Source of the DNA: an uncultured delta proteobacterium
Lineage (GTDB): Bacteria > Myxococcota_A > Polyangia > Haliangiales > Haliangiaceae
Assembly (NCBI GenBank): GCA_963848295.1
Contig: CAWKDB010000010.1
Location: forward strand, 1,920,001-1,984,000
DNA: 64,000 bases
Direction of reading: 5' to 3'
Shown here: in pieces, positions 52,855 to 62,017 of the stretch
Numbering within the stretch: position 1 is the first letter of the stretch
Layout of the letters: each line of letters opens with the position of its first letter
Notes under the pieces: generated by a model
What the model saw: the letters and a program-made list of their open reading frames with translations, nothing else
Database searches by the model: none
What the model was told of the DNA's origin: nothing
Translations under genes and position numbers: made by a program

Positions 52855-54169
52855 TCCACCGCGGCGCAGGCCGTTTCAGTCGCTCGCGTTTCGGATCAAC
52901 GCCTGGTACGTGGTCGCGTTCGTGGCAAGCCTGGCGGCGCTCGTCGCGTTCGCCGTCCCGACCGTGCGCGCCGCCTTCGATCGCGCCGATACCGTCGTGC
53001 TCGACGACCGCGTCGATCGCCACATCGCGGTGCTCGCGACCGGCCTGCCGCAATATCGCGCCGCGGTCGAACATTCGCTCGCGCTCGGCAACCCCGAAGC
53101 TCCGGTCCGAGTTCGCGACGCCAAGGGAGGGACGGTCTACGAGCACGGCGATCTCAGCTCCTCGCGGCTCACCGTCGAGCGCGACACCGGCGACCTGCGG
53201 CTCGAGCTCGGTGCGCCGGCGGTTCCATGGCGGACCGTGCTCGACGAGTTGCGCTCAGGTGCGCTGGTCCTCGGTCTCTGCGCGCTCGCGCTCGCGGTGC
53301 TCGGCGGCTACCTGCTGACGAGGCGCGGTCTCCGGCCGGTGCGCGAGCTCGCCGCGGCAGCGCACGACGTGATCCGATCCGGCGATCTATCGCGCCGTGT
53401 TCCCGAGCGCGGCAGCGCCGACGATCTCGATCAGCTCTCGACCCTGTTCAACCGGATGCTCGAGCGCAACCTGACGCTGGTCACCGGCATGCGCGATTCG
53501 CTCGACAACGTCGCGCACGATCTGCGAACCCCGCTGACCCGGCTGAGAGGGACCGCCGAGGTCGCGCTGCGAACCGACGACGTCACGGCCAGTCGCGATG
53601 CGCTCGCGGTCTGCATCGAGGAGTCGGATCATCTGCTGACCGCGCTGCGTTCGCTGATGGACATCTCCGAGGCCGAGACCGGCATCATGAAGCTCGATCG
53701 CGCGCCGGTGTCACTCGACCAGCTCGCCGGTGATGTCCTCGAGCTGTACGAGAACGTCGCCGAGGACGCCGGCGTCGGGTTCACGATGACTCGCGACGCG
53801 CGCGCGATCGCGATGGCCGACGCGACGCGCATCCGGCAAGCGATCGCGAATCTCGTGGACAACGCGATCAAGTACACGCCACGCGGTGGCGCGGTGGCAC
53901 TCGAGGTCGATCACACCGAGTCGCACGCGCTCGTCCGCGTGCGCGATACCGGCGAGGGCATCGCCGCCGAGGCATTACCGCGGATCTGGGATCGCCTCTA
54001 TCGCGCCGAGCCTAGTCGTTCGAAGCCCGGGCTCGGGCTCGGGCTCAGCATGGTCAAGGCGATCGTCGCCGCACACAATGGTACGGTCACGGTCGACACC
54101 GCGCCCGGTCGTGGCTCGACGTTCACGTTGTCGCTGCCACTCACCGAACCGAAAGGACTACTCCGATGA
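52829..54169 (+). CDS. HAMP-domain sensor histidine kinase
   Basis: Two TM helices, AHDLRTPL, NLVDNAIKY, DTGEGI and GLGLGL. Confidence 0.93.
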   Translation: MSSDPKPSDPPRRRPFQSLAFRINAWYVVAFVASLAALVAFAVPTVRAAFDRADTVVLDDRVDRHIAVLATGLPQYRAAVEHSLALGNPEAPVRVRDAKGGTVYEHGDLSSSRLTVERDTGDLRLELGAPAVPWRTVLDELRSGALVLGLCALALAVLGGYLLTRRGLRPVRELAAAAHDVIRSGDLSRRVPERGSADDLDQLSTLFNRMLERNLTLVTGMRDSLDNVAHDLRTPLTRLRGTAEVALRTDDVTASRDALAVCIEESDHLLTALRSLMDISEAETGIMKLDRAPVSLDQLAGDVLELYENVAEDAGVGFTMTRDARAIAMADATRIRQAIANLVDNAIKYTPRGGAVALEVDHTESHALVRVRDTGEGIAAEALPRIWDRLYRAEPSRSKPGLGLGLSMVKAIVAAHNGTVTVDTAPGRGSTFTLSLPLTEPKGLLR

Positions 54170-54230
54170 TGAAACGAGTCACGAAGCTCTTGCCGGGCAA
54201 CCCCGGTCTCGTCGCATGGACGGGATCCCG

Positions 54231-54695
54231 ATGACGACGGCGCCGCGAGCACGCGAGATCCATCGCATCCTGGTGCCGATGGTCGGCGTCCCGAGCGAGC
54301 AAGCCGCGATCGACTACGCCACCGTCCTGGCTCTGGCGCTACATGCGTCGATCACGTTGGCTCATGTCGACGAGACCTCCAACGCGATGGTCGGCATCGT
54401 CCCGGGCGCGAGCATCGAGGGTGACCTCGCAGCCGAGCGAGCCATGTCGACGGCACGGCTCGACGAGGTCGTACGGGTCCTTGCCCAGAAGGGCGTGATC
54501 GACGCGAAGACGACCTACGTGGTCTCGCCGTCGGTAGCGTCCGCGCTCGTCGAGCTCGCGCGCCGGGACCAGTTCGATCTCATCGTGATGGCGACGCATG
54601 CTCGCACCGGCATCTCGCGCGCCATCCTCGGCAGCGTGGCCGAGCAGGTGGTTCGTCACGCACCGTGTCCGGTGATGACCGTGCACTCGTCGTGA
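54231..54695 (+). CDS. Universal stress protein
   Basis: RILVP and DLIVMATH...ILGSVAEQVVRHAPCPV. Confidence 0.88.
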   Translation: MTTAPRAREIHRILVPMVGVPSEQAAIDYATVLALALHASITLAHVDETSNAMVGIVPGASIEGDLAAERAMSTARLDEVVRVLAQKGVIDAKTTYVVSPSVASALVELARRDQFDLIVMATHARTGISRAILGSVAEQVVRHAPCPVMTVHSS

Positions 54696-54708
54696 CGACC
54701 GGGCCGGG

Positions 54709-56013
54709 TCAATGCCCACCGGCGAGCGTGGGGACCGCTCTCTTTCCGGCTTCCCCGCTGCGCACGAGCGTGATCCGCAGCATCACGGGTGCGATCAGCT
54801 GATTGATCCCGACGACGCTGAGCAGCAACACGGCAGCCTGCGGCCCGAAGGTGGGGAAGTTCTTCTGGATCACCACCACCAATGCGAGGGACAAGCCCGC
54901 TTGCGGGACGAGCCCGGTCCAGCCGTATTTCGAGATCACCGGATCCGCATACGTGCGCGCGCATGCGGCGCGGCAGCCGTAGTAGAAGACGGCCGCGCGC
55001 GTGATCGCGATCAGCGCGACCGGGATGATCATCGATCCGAGCTGGTCGATGTTCAGCTTGCTCCCGGCGAGCGCAAAGAACACGAGGAACACGGGGAGCT
55101 CCGCGGACTCGAAGCCATGCAACAGCTTCGACGGGTCGCCGCGAGAGAAGTTCTCGAGCCAGACGCCGGCGGCGAGCATCACCACCATCGGATCGAGGCC
55201 GACGCGCCCGCCGATCTCGGCCACGATCACGCACACGAGCAGCGCGAACATCACCGCGCCGCTCTTGACATGGCGTACGAACAGGCCGAGCAACACTCCG
55301 ACGACGACACCGAACGCCATCGACCCGAACAGCTCCCAGCCGACATCGAGCACGGTATCGCGGAGATCGATATTGCCTCCGATCACGCCTCCGGTGACCG
55401 CGGCCACGATCGAGTAGACGACCACCACGACGAGGTCGGCGACGACGACGGTCGCGAGCACGAGCCGACTCAGCGGACCATCCGCGCGGGTCTCGGACAG
55501 CAAGGCCATCACGACCGCGGGCGATTGCGCGGACAGCGCGACGCCGATCAGTCCACACACGGCGAAGCTCTGGAGGGTGGACAACGAATCGAACACCGGC
55601 AGGAACGGCCGCATGACGAACAGCAATGCGGTGAGCGCCAACATCGCTCCGAACACGGCGAACACCGTGACCGCGCGTAGCGTCGGCATGAGCGGCCGCA
55701 CGCGCTTGAGGTTGAGCTCGCCGCCCGCCGTGAGGCCGAGGATGCAGGTGGCGACGTCGTTGACGACCTTGAGCGCGCTCGTCATACCGTCGGTCACGAG
55801 CCCGAACACGAACGGGCCGGACACGACGCCGGCGATCAAATAGCCGGTCAGCTTCGGCAAGCCGAGCCGGCTGATGACGCGCCCGCCGAGGTACGAGACC
55901 AGGAGCAGATAGCCGAACGCGAGCTCCGAGCCACCGTTCGTGGCGCTCATCGTGAAGCTGCCGACGGCACGCATCAGGCCGGCGACCGCGAGGACCAAGA
56001 GCAGCTCGATCAC
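54709..56013 (-). CDS. Cation:proton antiporter (CPA2-like)
   Basis: LPKLTGYL..G...GP, AGGEL, SPA, FFALAG and PQAG. Confidence 0.85.
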   Translation of the reverse strand: MIELLLVLAVAGLMRAVGSFTMSATNGGSELAFGYLLLVSYLGGRVISRLGLPKLTGYLIAGVVSGPFVFGLVTDGMTSALKVVNDVATCILGLTAGGELNLKRVRPLMPTLRAVTVFAVFGAMLALTALLFVMRPFLPVFDSLSTLQSFAVCGLIGVALSAQSPAVVMALLSETRADGPLSRLVLATVVVADLVVVVVYSIVAAVTGGVIGGNIDLRDTVLDVGWELFGSMAFGVVVGVLLGLFVRHVKSGAVMFALLVCVIVAEIGGRVGLDPMVVMLAAGVWLENFSRGDPSKLLHGFESAELPVFLVFFALAGSKLNIDQLGSMIIPVALIAITRAAVFYYGCRAACARTYADPVISKYGWTGLVPQAGLSLALVVVIQKNFPTFGPQAAVLLLSVVGINQLIAPVMLRITLVRSGEAGKRAVPTLAGGH

Positions 56014-56057
56014 GGGTCTCTCGTTTGTACACCAGCGGTCGGAGGTATTGTCGCCGA

Positions 56058-56990
56058 ATGAGCCCCGTCCGCAGCACCGATCAGCCGTACTCCGCTCGCA
56101 CCTCATCGTGGATCGCGAGCTTGCTCTACACGTCACTCGTCACCGGATCGATCGCGGCGTGCGCCGGCCATGCGACGCCCCGCGCTCGACCGACGAGCTT
56201 GGTGATCGATCGGTTCAGCCAGCGCGCCGGACATCTCATGGTCCGCGATCACGCGCCCAAGCTGCCGGGACCGGATCAGCCGATCGATCTCGATCGACCG
56301 CCGTTCGCCACGCAAGGACTCGGCCCGGATGGCTCGCCGGTTCGTTACTACAACTTCGACGTTCAGAGCGATCAGCCGGCGACGATGTACCGGTTGGTCC
56401 ACGCCGGGTCTCACGATCCGATCGCGGGCCAGCTCGACATCGTCGATGTCGTCCCCGGCGACGACGGCTACAGCGACTTCTGGCGGGTCGCGTGGGTCGA
56501 GGTGCCGGCCGGTTTCGTCGCGGGGTCGATCACGAACGCGAGCCAGCTGCGCGCGCTTCATGTCGAGACCTCGGCGAGCGTCGTCGATTGTCCGATCGTT
56601 CCGCGCGGTACGACCGCCCGCGGTGGCCACGGTGTCGCGCCGCCGGAGGTCCGCGAGCTGTCGGTCCGCGGCCAGCGCGTGACGTGCCTGCACTTCGGGC
56701 CGGACCTCACGCTCGACGGTGACCGGGTCCCGACCTCGCCGATCTACGTGACGTTCGCGAGCGAAGCGGGCCCCGCGTCCGGGTTTCGGACGGAGGCCCA
56801 GACTCCGCAGACGCACAACGTCGTGATGAGCGTGCCCGGCGACGTCGACTACTCGCCGCTGTGGGCGGTGCACATCTACGATCGGCAGGCGTTCGATCGC
56901 GTCCACGATGCGAACACCGCGATCGCCGCGCCGGTCGCCGGAAAGGGCCCGCTCGTGAACTGCCCGATCTTCGCGGTCGGCCCGCAATGA
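56058..56990 (+). CDS. Predicted lipoprotein with two internal repeats (DUF7482-like)
   Basis: Lipobox IAAC; duplicated V..VPGD..YS..W.V...V[DN]CPI motif. Start uncertain. Confidence 0.7.
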   Translation: MSPVRSTDQPYSARTSSWIASLLYTSLVTGSIAACAGHATPRARPTSLVIDRFSQRAGHLMVRDHAPKLPGPDQPIDLDRPPFATQGLGPDGSPVRYYNFDVQSDQPATMYRLVHAGSHDPIAGQLDIVDVVPGDDGYSDFWRVAWVEVPAGFVAGSITNASQLRALHVETSASVVDCPIVPRGTTARGGHGVAPPEVRELSVRGQRVTCLHFGPDLTLDGDRVPTSPIYVTFASEAGPASGFRTEAQTPQTHNVVMSVPGDVDYSPLWAVHIYDRQAFDRVHDANTAIAAPVAGKGPLVNCPIFAVGPQ

Positions 56991-56992
56991 GC

Positions 56993-58175
56993 TCAGTTGG
57001 CAGCGATGCCCTCGGCGGTCGCCGGTAACCCGATGACGTCGGGGTGCCGGGTCAGCGTACCGTCCGTCGCGACCGCGTAGGTGCTGATCGAGTGGTCGTT
57101 GGAATCGAGCACGTAGAGGAACGCGCCATCGGAGCTCAGCGCAGCGTCGAGCGGCTTGTTGGCCGTGGTCGCGGCGATGCCGCTGCTCGCGGTGAGCGCG
57201 AGCGTGCCGTCGCCCGCGATGCCGTAACCGGTCACGCTATCGCTGCCGGCGTTGATCGCCCAGCCCCAGCCGCCGCCCGCCGCCATCCAGCACGGAGCAG
57301 CTTGGTGCGTGCTCAGCGACGAGGTCGTCGCGGTCAACGCGCCGTCGGTCGCGATCGTGTAGGCGCTCACGGCGCCCGCCGCCTCGGTCACGAGCAACGT
57401 GCCGTTGCCGCTGAACGCAAACCCATAGGGCGTCGCGGTGGCGCCGCCTGCGGTGATCTGGTCACGCGGCCCGGTCGCCACGCCGGCGGCGTCGACCTCG
57501 TACGTGTCGATCTCGCCGGTGCCCTTCTCGGTCACCACGAGGTGGTTGCCGTCGGGCGTGAACGAGATCTGCGCGGCGGCGGCGAGCGACGACGACGGTC
57601 GTGCTCAGCCCCACCGATACCGAGTTCGAGGTCGAGGCCGTCGGCGCCGGCCGAGAACCCGCGACGTTCGGCGCGTTCGAGGGATTGCCCGCGTTCAGGA
57701 CGTAGACGATCCCGTTGTACTCGGTGACGCTGATCGGCGCGACGCCGCCCGACGCGGCCGGCGTACCGACGAGCGACAGACTACCGTCGGTCTGGATCGC
57801 GAACATCGACACGGTGTTGCTACCGGCGTTGACCGCGAACACGCGCTTCGCGGTGGCGTCGACGACCACCGCGCCCTGATCCGCCAGGCTGGCTCCGGTG
57901 CCGGTCCCGCCGGTACCGAACGCCCACGGGTCGCCGAGCGAGCCGTCGGAGTTGCGTGCGAACGCCCATACCTCGTTGTGGGCGCTGTCGTTGGACGCGA
58001 CGTACACCGCGCCGACCACTCCCGGGCCGGCGTCGACTACGGGGCCGGCCGGGCCTTGTGGTCCAGCTGACCCAGTTGACCCTTCCGAGCCCATGGGGCC
58101 TTCGGGCCCGGTAGATCCGGTGCAAGCAGCGACGAAGGAACACAGCAGGAACGTGAAAGTGCGCGAGTAAGACAT
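56993..58175 (-). pseudogene. Lactonase-family beta-propeller lipoprotein with collagen-like linker, split by indels at about 57595-57660
   Basis: Lipobox VAAC and GxY repeats. The N- and C-terminal halves are in different frames and rejoin at ...AAQISFTPDGNHLVVTEKG. Confidence 0.8.
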
Positions 58176-58399
58176 GCAGCCCTCCAAGATGGTCTGCCGC
58201 ACCTACGCGCGCAGCGAACGAAGGTTACGAGCGAACGTCGCGCTCGGCCCGAACATCGGGTGCAAACGTTGCGGCTGAACGAGTGCAGCCAACGCGATTA
58301 TTTTGTATACCAACGAAATGGTGCGGGTCCCACGCTGCGCTGCAATACGGCTCGAGTCCGAGGCGAAGCTCGACGGCATCGTCGGGACTCGCTGACCCC

Positions 58400-60316
58400 G
58401 TGACCCCCGATCCCCAGCCAGCGCGGTTGGACGCGGAGCGTGCGAAGGCCGCACCCGGTCCGCGTCGTCGCCCTGCGCGCCCGACCCAGCCGCTCGCATT
58501 CGCGGTGGACGTCGTGCAGCGGAGTTACCAGGTCTGGCTGACGACCAAGGCGCGGTTCAGTCCGACCGAGCGCCAGCGGCTGTTCGGGCTGACCATCATC
58601 ATCGGAGGTGTGTGCGGGCTGGTGGCGGTCGCATTCCACGAGAGCATCCGCTGGCTCGCCTCGCTCACGATCGATCGCGCGTTCTCCGCATCCGGCGACA
58701 CCTGGATCCTGTGGGTGATCCTGGTGCCGTCGGTCGGCGCCCTGGTGTCGGGCGTGATGCTCTACTACATCCCCGGGGCGCGGGGCAGCGGTGTGCCCCA
58801 GGTCAAGGTCGCCTATGCGCTGAAGGCGATGAAGCTTCGCTTGCGCGACTCGCTCGGCAAGTTCGTGATCGGCGTGGTCCAGATCGGCACGGGCTCGTCG
58901 CTCGGACGTGAGGGGCCGACGGTCCAGATCTGCGCCGGTGTCGCGAAGGGACTCGGCAAGGTCGTCGGGGTGTCGGCGCAGAACATCAAGCTGCTACTTC
59001 CCGTCGGCGCGGCGGCCGGAATCGCCGCGGCATTCAACGCGCCGATCGCCGCGGTCACGTTCACGATCGAGGAGATCGTCGGCAAGCTCGATCAGACCCT
59101 GCTCTCGGGCGTGATCGTCGCCGCGGCGCTCGCGGCCGCCGTCGAGCGCAGCGTGCTCGGCGAGAGCCCGATGTTCTCGATTCCGAAAGCCGAAGGACTC
59201 GACCACGCGTCGTCACTCGTGATCTACGCCGCGCTCGGCGTGGCCGCGGCGCTGGTGTCGATCGCGTTCACCGAGTCGCTGCTGTGGCTGCGACAACGGT
59301 TCAACACATCGAAGAGGGTGCCGGTGTGGTTCGGGCCAGCGGTCGGAGGCGCCGTCACCGGGCTGCTCGGTGTCGCGGCGATGGTCATCGCGCACGTCGG
59401 CGGCATCACCGGCGGCGGCTACGCCGTGCTCGGCGAGGCGCTGTCCGGCAAGTTCGTCGTCGAGGTCCTCCTCGTGCTCGGCGCGTGCAAGCTGGTCGCG
59501 ACCGTGTTCTCGTACTCGAGCGGCGGCTCCGGCGGCATCTTCGCGCCGGCGCTGTTCATCGGCGCCATGCTCGGCGGCGCGTTCGGCGCGATCGACGTCG
59601 CGGTGTTCGGCCACAGCCAGGCGGAGGTCGCATCGTTCGCGTTGGTCGGGATGGGCGCGGTGTTCGCGGGGATCATTCGCGCGCCGATCACTTCGGTGCT
59701 GATCATCATCGAGATGACTGCGGGCTACGGCCTGACCCTACCCTTGATGATCGCGAACATGATGGCCTACGGCCTCGCTCGCCACCTGCGACCGACGCCG
59801 ATCTACGAGGCGCTGCTCGAGCAGGATGGCGTCCAGCTCCACGCGCCCAATCCGGTGCTGGATACGATCGACCGCCTCTCGATCGACCGGGTCAAGCTCG
59901 AGGACGGTCCGCACGCGACGTACCGGGCGAACGAGAAGCCCGTGCGTATGCTCGAGGTCGTTCAGACCGCCGGCCGGCAGGAAGTGTTCCCCGTCCTCGA
60001 TGCGACGCAACGTCTGATCGGCATCATCACGCTCGAGGATCTGACCGCGCTCGCCGCCGAGGCCGACATCGACGACCTGGTCTGTGCGACCGACCTCATG
60101 CGGCCGCCGGTCGCGCTGCAGCAGCACGAGCTCGTGAGTCGCGCGCTCGACCTGATGATGTCGCTGGGCGTGCGCGAGCTGCCCGTCATCGACGCCGACC
60201 AGCGCGTCCTCGGGCTGATCGACGAGGCCGCGATCGCCCGCGAGTACATGCGTTCGCGCGCCGCCGAACGCGCCGATGCCGCTGCGTCCAGCGAGCACCC
60301 GGCCGCGCGCGGATAG
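58400..60316 (+). CDS. ClC-family Cl-/H+ antiporter with CBS pair
   Basis: GSGVP, GREGPT, GGIFAP, IEMT and IY motifs; two CBS domains. Start uncertain. Confidence 0.92.
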   Translation: MTPDPQPARLDAERAKAAPGPRRRPARPTQPLAFAVDVVQRSYQVWLTTKARFSPTERQRLFGLTIIIGGVCGLVAVAFHESIRWLASLTIDRAFSASGDTWILWVILVPSVGALVSGVMLYYIPGARGSGVPQVKVAYALKAMKLRLRDSLGKFVIGVVQIGTGSSLGREGPTVQICAGVAKGLGKVVGVSAQNIKLLLPVGAAAGIAAAFNAPIAAVTFTIEEIVGKLDQTLLSGVIVAAALAAAVERSVLGESPMFSIPKAEGLDHASSLVIYAALGVAAALVSIAFTESLLWLRQRFNTSKRVPVWFGPAVGGAVTGLLGVAAMVIAHVGGITGGGYAVLGEALSGKFVVEVLLVLGACKLVATVFSYSSGGSGGIFAPALFIGAMLGGAFGAIDVAVFGHSQAEVASFALVGMGAVFAGIIRAPITSVLIIIEMTAGYGLTLPLMIANMMAYGLARHLRPTPIYEALLEQDGVQLHAPNPVLDTIDRLSIDRVKLEDGPHATYRANEKPVRMLEVVQTAGRQEVFPVLDATQRLIGIITLEDLTALAAEADIDDLVCATDLMRPPVALQQHELVSRALDLMMSLGVRELPVIDADQRVLGLIDEAAIAREYMRSRAAERADAAASSEHPAARG

Positions 60317-60342
60317 GCGTGACGCGTCTGGACGGACCGCGA

Positions 60343-60655
60343 TCAAATCGTTTGCGTAGCGACGAGATGCGGCATTCCAGGCGGGAGTCGGCCCAGCTCC
60401 GGATCGAGATCGCTGAGCACCGCCGAGGCGAATCGAGTGACGTCGCGGTATCGGAGTGTGCCTTGAGGAAACTCGAGCTTCTCCAGCGCGTCGCCGCGAC
60501 GCCAGCCGAGCTCGACGAACTGCGTGCCCGGCGGAACATCGACCTGGCGCGGTACGTTGCGACGAACCGTTCGTCGCTGAAGATGTGCAACGAAACCTAC
60601 CGAGGTAGAAACCACCAGGGCTTCCGCACTCGTAGCTGACGGCGTCAACAGCCAT
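60343..60655 (-). pseudogene. Decayed paralog of the 60699-61118 protein
   Basis: Three frames give MAVDAVSYECGSPGGFYLGRF, LHIFSDERFVATY and PRQVDVPPGTQFVEL...RYRDVTRFASAVLSDLDPELGRLPPG, collinear with the neighbour. About 30 central aa are missing; GGAG SD upstream. Confidence 0.75.
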
Positions 60656-60698
60656 TACTTGACTCCAAACTCCGAACCTAACCGCTCGCCCACAGCGA

Positions 60699-61118
60699 TC
60701 AGGCGTGTTGTTGAACATCAACGATCGGCGTGGTCTGACCCGGTGGCATGCGAGCGATCTTCGGCTCGAGCATGGACAAGATCGACGATGCGATGATGGA
60801 TATCGCGACGTAGGTGCGGTCACCCTCGCCGATTTCAATCCGCTCCCACGTTCCGTCCGTCTCCAGCGCGAGCTCGACTGGATAGGAACCCGACGAGACT
60901 GGGGCAATTGGCGCAACGCGCGGGAATCCTGCGTCACTGACCGCGGCAGTCGCGCGATCAAATGTTCCGCGCACCAACGTTCCGCGCCAACTCGTTCGCT
61001 TCTTGCGATGCTCGTAACTCGCCTCGAATCGATCGTCCGCGTAAAGCCTGAGCTCGAACCGGCCGGAGTAAGGATTGCTGGGGCTCCCATTGCAGAACGA
61101 AATCTGGGTAGCGCTCAT
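60699..61118 (-). CDS. Hypothetical protein, putative immunity ('domain X')
   Basis: ATGA-coupled to the HEAT gene; shares FE...WRGT.V.GT.DRA..A...AGFP with that protein's C-terminal domain. Confidence 0.75.
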   Translation of the reverse strand: MSATQISFCNGSPSNPYSGRFELRLYADDRFEASYEHRKKRTSWRGTLVRGTFDRATAAVSDAGFPRVAPIAPVSSGSYPVELALETDGTWERIEIGEGDRTYVAISIIASSILSMLEPKIARMPPGQTTPIVDVQQHA

Positions 61119-62017
61119 GATCTGCTTTCCCGCACATCGCTCACCAACCGCTCCGGGCCGGCGGCTCCGAGCTCCGGCACTAGGTCGCCACCGATCTGGC
61201 CGGTCAGCCTCACAATGTCGCGATATCGGGTGCTGGCGATCGGCGCCTCCAGCTCGGCCCGGTTTCCATCACGGGTACATCCGATGATGATGGCCTCTCC
61301 TGCGCGCGGCGCCGGAGGTCCCGGGAAGCCGGCGAGCTCCATCGCGCCAACGGCACGATCCCAGGTCCCGGGGACAACCGTGCCGCGCCAGACCTTGTCA
61401 GCACAGTGTACTTCGAATGCGTCATGTGTGAGCGAGACTGTCGTCAGCGCGTCGCGCGTTTCGATCCGCGTCGTGCGTACGAGGTCCGCTTCGGTTCCGC
61501 GATCGGCCCCCGTTTCGCGCATCACCGCATCGAGCCTCGTCCAGAGTATGCCGTCCTCGAGTGGGCGATCCAATGACGAGGCCGGCTTTGGGCGATCCAC
61601 TGCGTTGGGCAAATAGACAGTGAAGAACTCCGTATAAGCGATCGCCCGGACGGCATCCGGTTGCGTATCATCGACGACGAGCTGATACAGGCGGCGAAGC
61701 GTGGACGGAGAACGCGTAGCCGTGTCGTAGGCCGCCCACGCGAGAACGGCGATCCCGCGGGTCTCGTCGTCTGGATCTTCCCTCATCATCTGCTCGGCTA
61801 CTTCGCGATACGCAGGCAGCTGCCAATAAAAGCCAAGTGTGCGGATCGCGGCAGAGCGAAGATCCGGTTCCGGGTCGTGGAGATACTCCGCGACCGCGGG
61901 TGCCAGCGTCTTTTTGAACGACTTACCGATCGCGATGATCGCGCTGTAGCGATCGTCCAGCGTCTGTGCATCGCGAACGCGCGAGAGCGCAGCTTTCTCG
62001 TCTGGCGTCATCGTCAT
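61115..62017 (-). CDS. HEAT-repeat protein fused to domain X, putative immunity protein
   Basis: LHDPEPDLRSAAIRTLG and EDPDDETRGIA HEAT-like units; ATGA overlap with the toxin stop. Confidence 0.8.
   Translation of the reverse strand: MTMTPDEKAALSRVRDAQTLDDRYSAIIAIGKSFKKTLAPAVAEYLHDPEPDLRSAAIRTLGFYWQLPAYREVAEQMMREDPDDETRGIAVLAWAAYDTATRSPSTLRRLYQLVVDDTQPDAVRAIAYTEFFTVYLPNAVDRPKPASSLDRPLEDGILWTRLDAVMRETGADRGTEADLVRTTRIETRDALTTVSLTHDAFEVHCADKVWRGTVVPGTWDRAVGAMELAGFPGPPAPRAGEAIIIGCTRDGNRAELEAPIASTRYRDIVRLTGQIGGDLVPELGAAGPERLVSDVRESRS

Noticed and set aside
58200..58400. Fluoride riboswitch / CLC-F exporter
   Set aside because: No crcB-motif consensus is visible, and the protein has GSGVP/GREGP motifs typical of Cl-/H+ antiporters.
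60319..60639. Plus-strand ORF after the ClC gene
   Set aside because: Better explained as the antisense shadow of the domain-X pseudogene.
60676..60716. Integron attC site (ACCTAAC...GTTGAAC)
   Set aside because: Only about 41 bp, with no convincing hairpin, no repetition and no integrase.
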